In this document: piece by piece, positions 61,176-64,000 of the stretch | Layout: each line of letters opens with the position of its first letter | Numbering within the stretch: position 1 is the stretch's first letter | Origin: Gammaproteobacteria bacterium | GTDB taxonomy: Bacteria > Pseudomonadota > Gammaproteobacteria > JBCCGL01 | Direction: 5' to 3' | Length of the DNA: 64,000 nucleotides | Assembly (NCBI GenBank): GCA_965277715.1 | Contig: OZ255836.1 | Span: 4,230,797-4,294,796 of the forward strand | Made by a program: the position numbers and the translations under genes | The notes under the pieces: generated by a model | Told to the model about the DNA's origin: nothing | What the model saw: only the letters and a program-made list of their open reading frames with translations | The model's database searches: none

Positions 61176-62708
61176 GTGGAGTTTCTCGACCACTTCGACA
61201 AAGTTTTTACGGTATACCATATCGCGTTGTTGGTAGGTGGTACCTTCGCCGGTTTGATTCTGGGTGCGCTGCCGGGGCTTAGCCCCACTATGGCGGTGGC
61301 ACTGATGATTCCCTTTACTTTTCACATGCAGCCCGCCAGTGGTTTGATACTCTTGGGCGCTATGTATACCGCTACTGTGGCGGGTGGGGCAATCAGCGCT
61401 ATTTTGGTCAATGTACCCGGTGCACCGGCGAATATCGCGACGGCGCTGGATGGCCACGCGCTGGCACGCAAGGGCCGTGCTGCCCAGGCTCTGCACTTCT
61501 GTTTTGCCAGTTCCTTTGTCGGTGGTGTTATCGGCATTCTGGTATTGATTTTCTTTACACCGCCACTGGCCAGGCTGGCATTGGAATTTGGTCCGTCAGA
61601 GCTATTCTGGATCGCTATCGTCGGGGTTACGATTATCGGTACCATCGGTGGTGGGTCGGTGGTTATGGGGTTGTTATCCGGCTTCTTTGGGTTGGCTATT
61701 TCGATGATTGGTTATAGCCCGGTGCTGGGCGAGGCACGCTTCGCCTATACAGACCACTTGACCGGCGGTATCCATATTGTCGCTGCGTTGATCGGTCTGT
61801 TTGCCATTCCCCAGGTGCTGAACTTGCTGATTGATGCCTGGCGAAACAAACAACTGGACACCCTGGCGGTGGTCGACCAATCCTCTCTGTTCTCATCGCT
61901 TCAGCATAATCTATCGCGGATTAAAGCACTCGTTGTCGGCTCGGTCAGTGGGGTTATCGTTGGCGTTATCCCTGGCGCCGGTGGGCAGATCGCCGGGCTG
62001 GTGGCCTACGATCAGGTAAAGAAAACCAGCGGTCACCCGGAGACATTCGGCACAGGCGAACCGGATGGCGTTATCGCTGCGGAATCGGCCAACAATGCAA
62101 TGGTTGGCCCATCGCTGGTGCCGCTGCTGACGCTCGGTATCCCCGGTAGCCCGACGGCTGCTGTGTTGCTTGGTGGATTATTAATTCACGGCCTGTTTCC
62201 CGGTGATGAATTATTCAGTGTCTACGGTGAAACCACCTGGACATTTATCAACTCCCTGCTGATCGCTCAGGTATTGATGCTGATTATGGGGTTGACGATG
62301 AGCCGCTACAGCCACTGGATTATGCAGATCAAGGCGCATTACATGGCGGCGGCCGTGTGTGTATTGGCGGTATTTGGTACTTACAGTATTCAGTCCAGCG
62401 TATCGGATGTATTGATTATGATGGTCATTGGTCTGGTGATGTTTGTCGCCAGCCGTTATGGCTTCAGTGCTGCGCCGGTCGTACTGGGTATTATTCTTGG
62501 GCCAATTGCCGAGGATAATTTTTTACAGGGTACGTTAATCGCAGACAGTCGTGATGGGGTTTTCAGTTACTTTTTTACCGGCACAATCAATCTTGTGTTG
62601 ATCGCCATTTGTATTCTCTCAATTGCTTACAGTATCCGTGCTGAAAGAAAGAAAATCCGGGCGCAAAAAGCCCGGATGAGCGAGCGTCAGACAGGGCAAG
62701 AGGGGTAG
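61176..62708 (+). CDS. Tripartite tricarboxylate transporter permease TctA
   Basis: GALPGLS, NVPGAPA, AAESANNA, LTLGIPGS. Confidence 0.92.
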   Translation: MEFLDHFDKVFTVYHIALLVGGTFAGLILGALPGLSPTMAVALMIPFTFHMQPASGLILLGAMYTATVAGGAISAILVNVPGAPANIATALDGHALARKGRAAQALHFCFASSFVGGVIGILVLIFFTPPLARLALEFGPSELFWIAIVGVTIIGTIGGGSVVMGLLSGFFGLAISMIGYSPVLGEARFAYTDHLTGGIHIVAALIGLFAIPQVLNLLIDAWRNKQLDTLAVVDQSSLFSSLQHNLSRIKALVVGSVSGVIVGVIPGAGGQIAGLVAYDQVKKTSGHPETFGTGEPDGVIAAESANNAMVGPSLVPLLTLGIPGSPTAAVLLGGLLIHGLFPGDELFSVYGETTWTFINSLLIAQVLMLIMGLTMSRYSHWIMQIKAHYMAAAVCVLAVFGTYSIQSSVSDVLIMMVIGLVMFVASRYGFSAAPVVLGIILGPIAEDNFLQGTLIADSRDGVFSYFFTGTINLVLIAICILSIAYSIRAERKKIRAQKARMSERQTGQEG

Positions 62709-62712
62709 CACG

Positions 62713-63162
62713 ATGAACTCAAAAAGGCTATCAGCGATTGTAACAGGCGTGGTTGCGACGATATTTTTAGTATTGAATCTGAGTCAGGAAACGCCCGAAT
62801 CTTATCAATTTCCCACACTATTGGCGATTATTTTATGTGGCCTGTCGCTATTGTTTTTGCTCAGCACGTTTACCTATGCGTCTGCAGCGGATGGCGAAAG
62901 GGAGGGGATGATCGATTGGGTGGCAATATGGCCTGGTATTGTGGTCGGAATTGCCTACTATCTATGCCTGGAAACGCTGGGTTTTTATAGCGCTTCCTAC
63001 CTGGCATTTTTATTTGTTATTGTTTTTTATGACAAAAGCACAATGATAAATGTTAACACTGTTTTAATAAAAAGCCTGGTTGCGGCGTTATTTATCGCGG
63101 CACTGTATGGATTGTTTTATTATGCCCTGCATGTGCAGGCGCCACGCGGCATACTGTTTTAG
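62713..63162 (+). CDS. Tripartite tricarboxylate transporter TctB
   Basis: 4-TM 149-aa protein between tctA and tctC, ending LHVQAPRG. Confidence 0.8.
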   Translation: MNSKRLSAIVTGVVATIFLVLNLSQETPESYQFPTLLAIILCGLSLLFLLSTFTYASAADGEREGMIDWVAIWPGIVVGIAYYLCLETLGFYSASYLAFLFVIVFYDKSTMINVNTVLIKSLVAALFIAALYGLFYYALHVQAPRGILF

Positions 63163-63220
63163 TGCCGGTTGTGCCCACACTGTTTATACCATCTACATCA
63201 TTTCCTGGAGGAATATTACA

Positions 63221-64000
63221 ATGAAATTACTACCTGCACTCAAAGCGCCTAAGGTGCTATTGGCGATGGCGGCTGCACTGCTGCCATTTACCTCGGCGTC
63301 TGCCGATTACCCGGAGCGACCTATTGGGGTAATGGTTGCCTATTCACCCGGTGGTGCGACCGATTTTCAGGCGCGTATCGCGACTTTGGCGTCTGCCAAA
63401 GAAAACAAACAGGGCGAACCACTTTATATTGGTCAGCCGATTTACATCATTAACAAACCCGGTGCCGGTGGTCAGGTCGGCTGGAACTGGTTTGCTGAAA
63501 AAGCCCCTAAAGATGGTTATATGATGGGTGCTTACAACGTCCCGCATTTCATCGCGCAATCAATACGTTTTGACACCAAATACAATGTCGACAATTTAGA
63601 GCCAATCGCCAACTGGGGTGCGGATCCGGCGGTATTGATTGTGGGTAAAAACAGCCCATTCAAAACGGCCACCGATCTGGTTGACTACGCCAAAGCGAAT
63701 CCTGGCAAAGTCACCTTGAGTGGTGCGGGTAAATTTGTGGGTCACCACATCGCTATGCTGCAACTGCAAAAAGCCACCGGAACCAAACTTAAGTATGTGC
63801 CTACCAAAGGCGGCGTCAACGCCATGAAAATGGTTAAAGGCGACCAGGTAAGCGGTGGTTTTAACAACCTGTCTGATTCGTTCCGGGCGAAAAAAGACAT
63901 TCGTATTCTCGCGGTTGCCGACCTGGAACGCCATGCATTCCTGCCCGATGTCCCGACCTTCAAAGAACTGGGTATCGATGTTGATAACTCCAGCGTTAAC
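63221..64000 (+). CDS. Tripartite tricarboxylate transporter substrate-binding protein TctC (runs off window end)
   Basis: Not in the ORF track. ATG 63221 follows GGAGG; signal peptide, then DYPERPIGVMVAYSPGGATD, INKPGAGGQVGW, PDVPTFKELG. Confidence 0.9.
   Translation, partial: MKLLPALKAPKVLLAMAAALLPFTSASADYPERPIGVMVAYSPGGATDFQARIATLASAKENKQGEPLYIGQPIYIINKPGAGGQVGWNWFAEKAPKDGYMMGAYNVPHFIAQSIRFDTKYNVDNLEPIANWGADPAVLIVGKNSPFKTATDLVDYAKANPGKVTLSGAGKFVGHHIAMLQLQKATGTKLKYVPTKGGVNAMKMVKGDQVSGGFNNLSDSFRAKKDIRILAVADLERHAFLPDVPTFKELGIDVDNSSVN

Overview
64-kb chromosomal segment of a bacterium, probably a marine gammaproteobacterium (inferred from gene content only). The core genes are fpr, a Gld-like ABC system, moaCDE, a persulfide dioxygenase-like MBL, degQ, a branched-chain/aromatic ABC transporter, a TPP-riboswitch-controlled thiDOSGE-thiYZX operon, gdhB-oxyR, glyA-sdaA-soxBDAG (sarcosine/glycine/serine catabolism) and a GntR-TTT transporter locus. 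Accessory features: (i) a toxin-antitoxin 'graveyard' at 2.4-7.3 kb, with a Phd remnant, a DUF3368/PIN-like gene split by a 790-bp composite non-coding element with TAA target duplication, an AbiE pair whose toxin has an Asp->Asn change in its motif, and a 13-bp x7 tandem repeat; (ii) at least five families of short non-coding MITE/REP-like repeats that stack on one another; (iii) an 862-aa in-frame fusion of an MFS transporter to three tandem Rid-family domains; (iv) a triple tandem array of near-identical Rpn/PD-(D/E)XK nuclease genes between glyA and sdaA. In that array the C-terminal GREE repeats count down 4-3-2, each gene has an apparent leaderless promoter, and the spacers consist of a hemagglutinin-repeat fragment plus a decayed IS256 fragment. 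No rRNA, tRNA or CRISPR array was seen. All family assignments come from reading motifs by eye; no database search was run.
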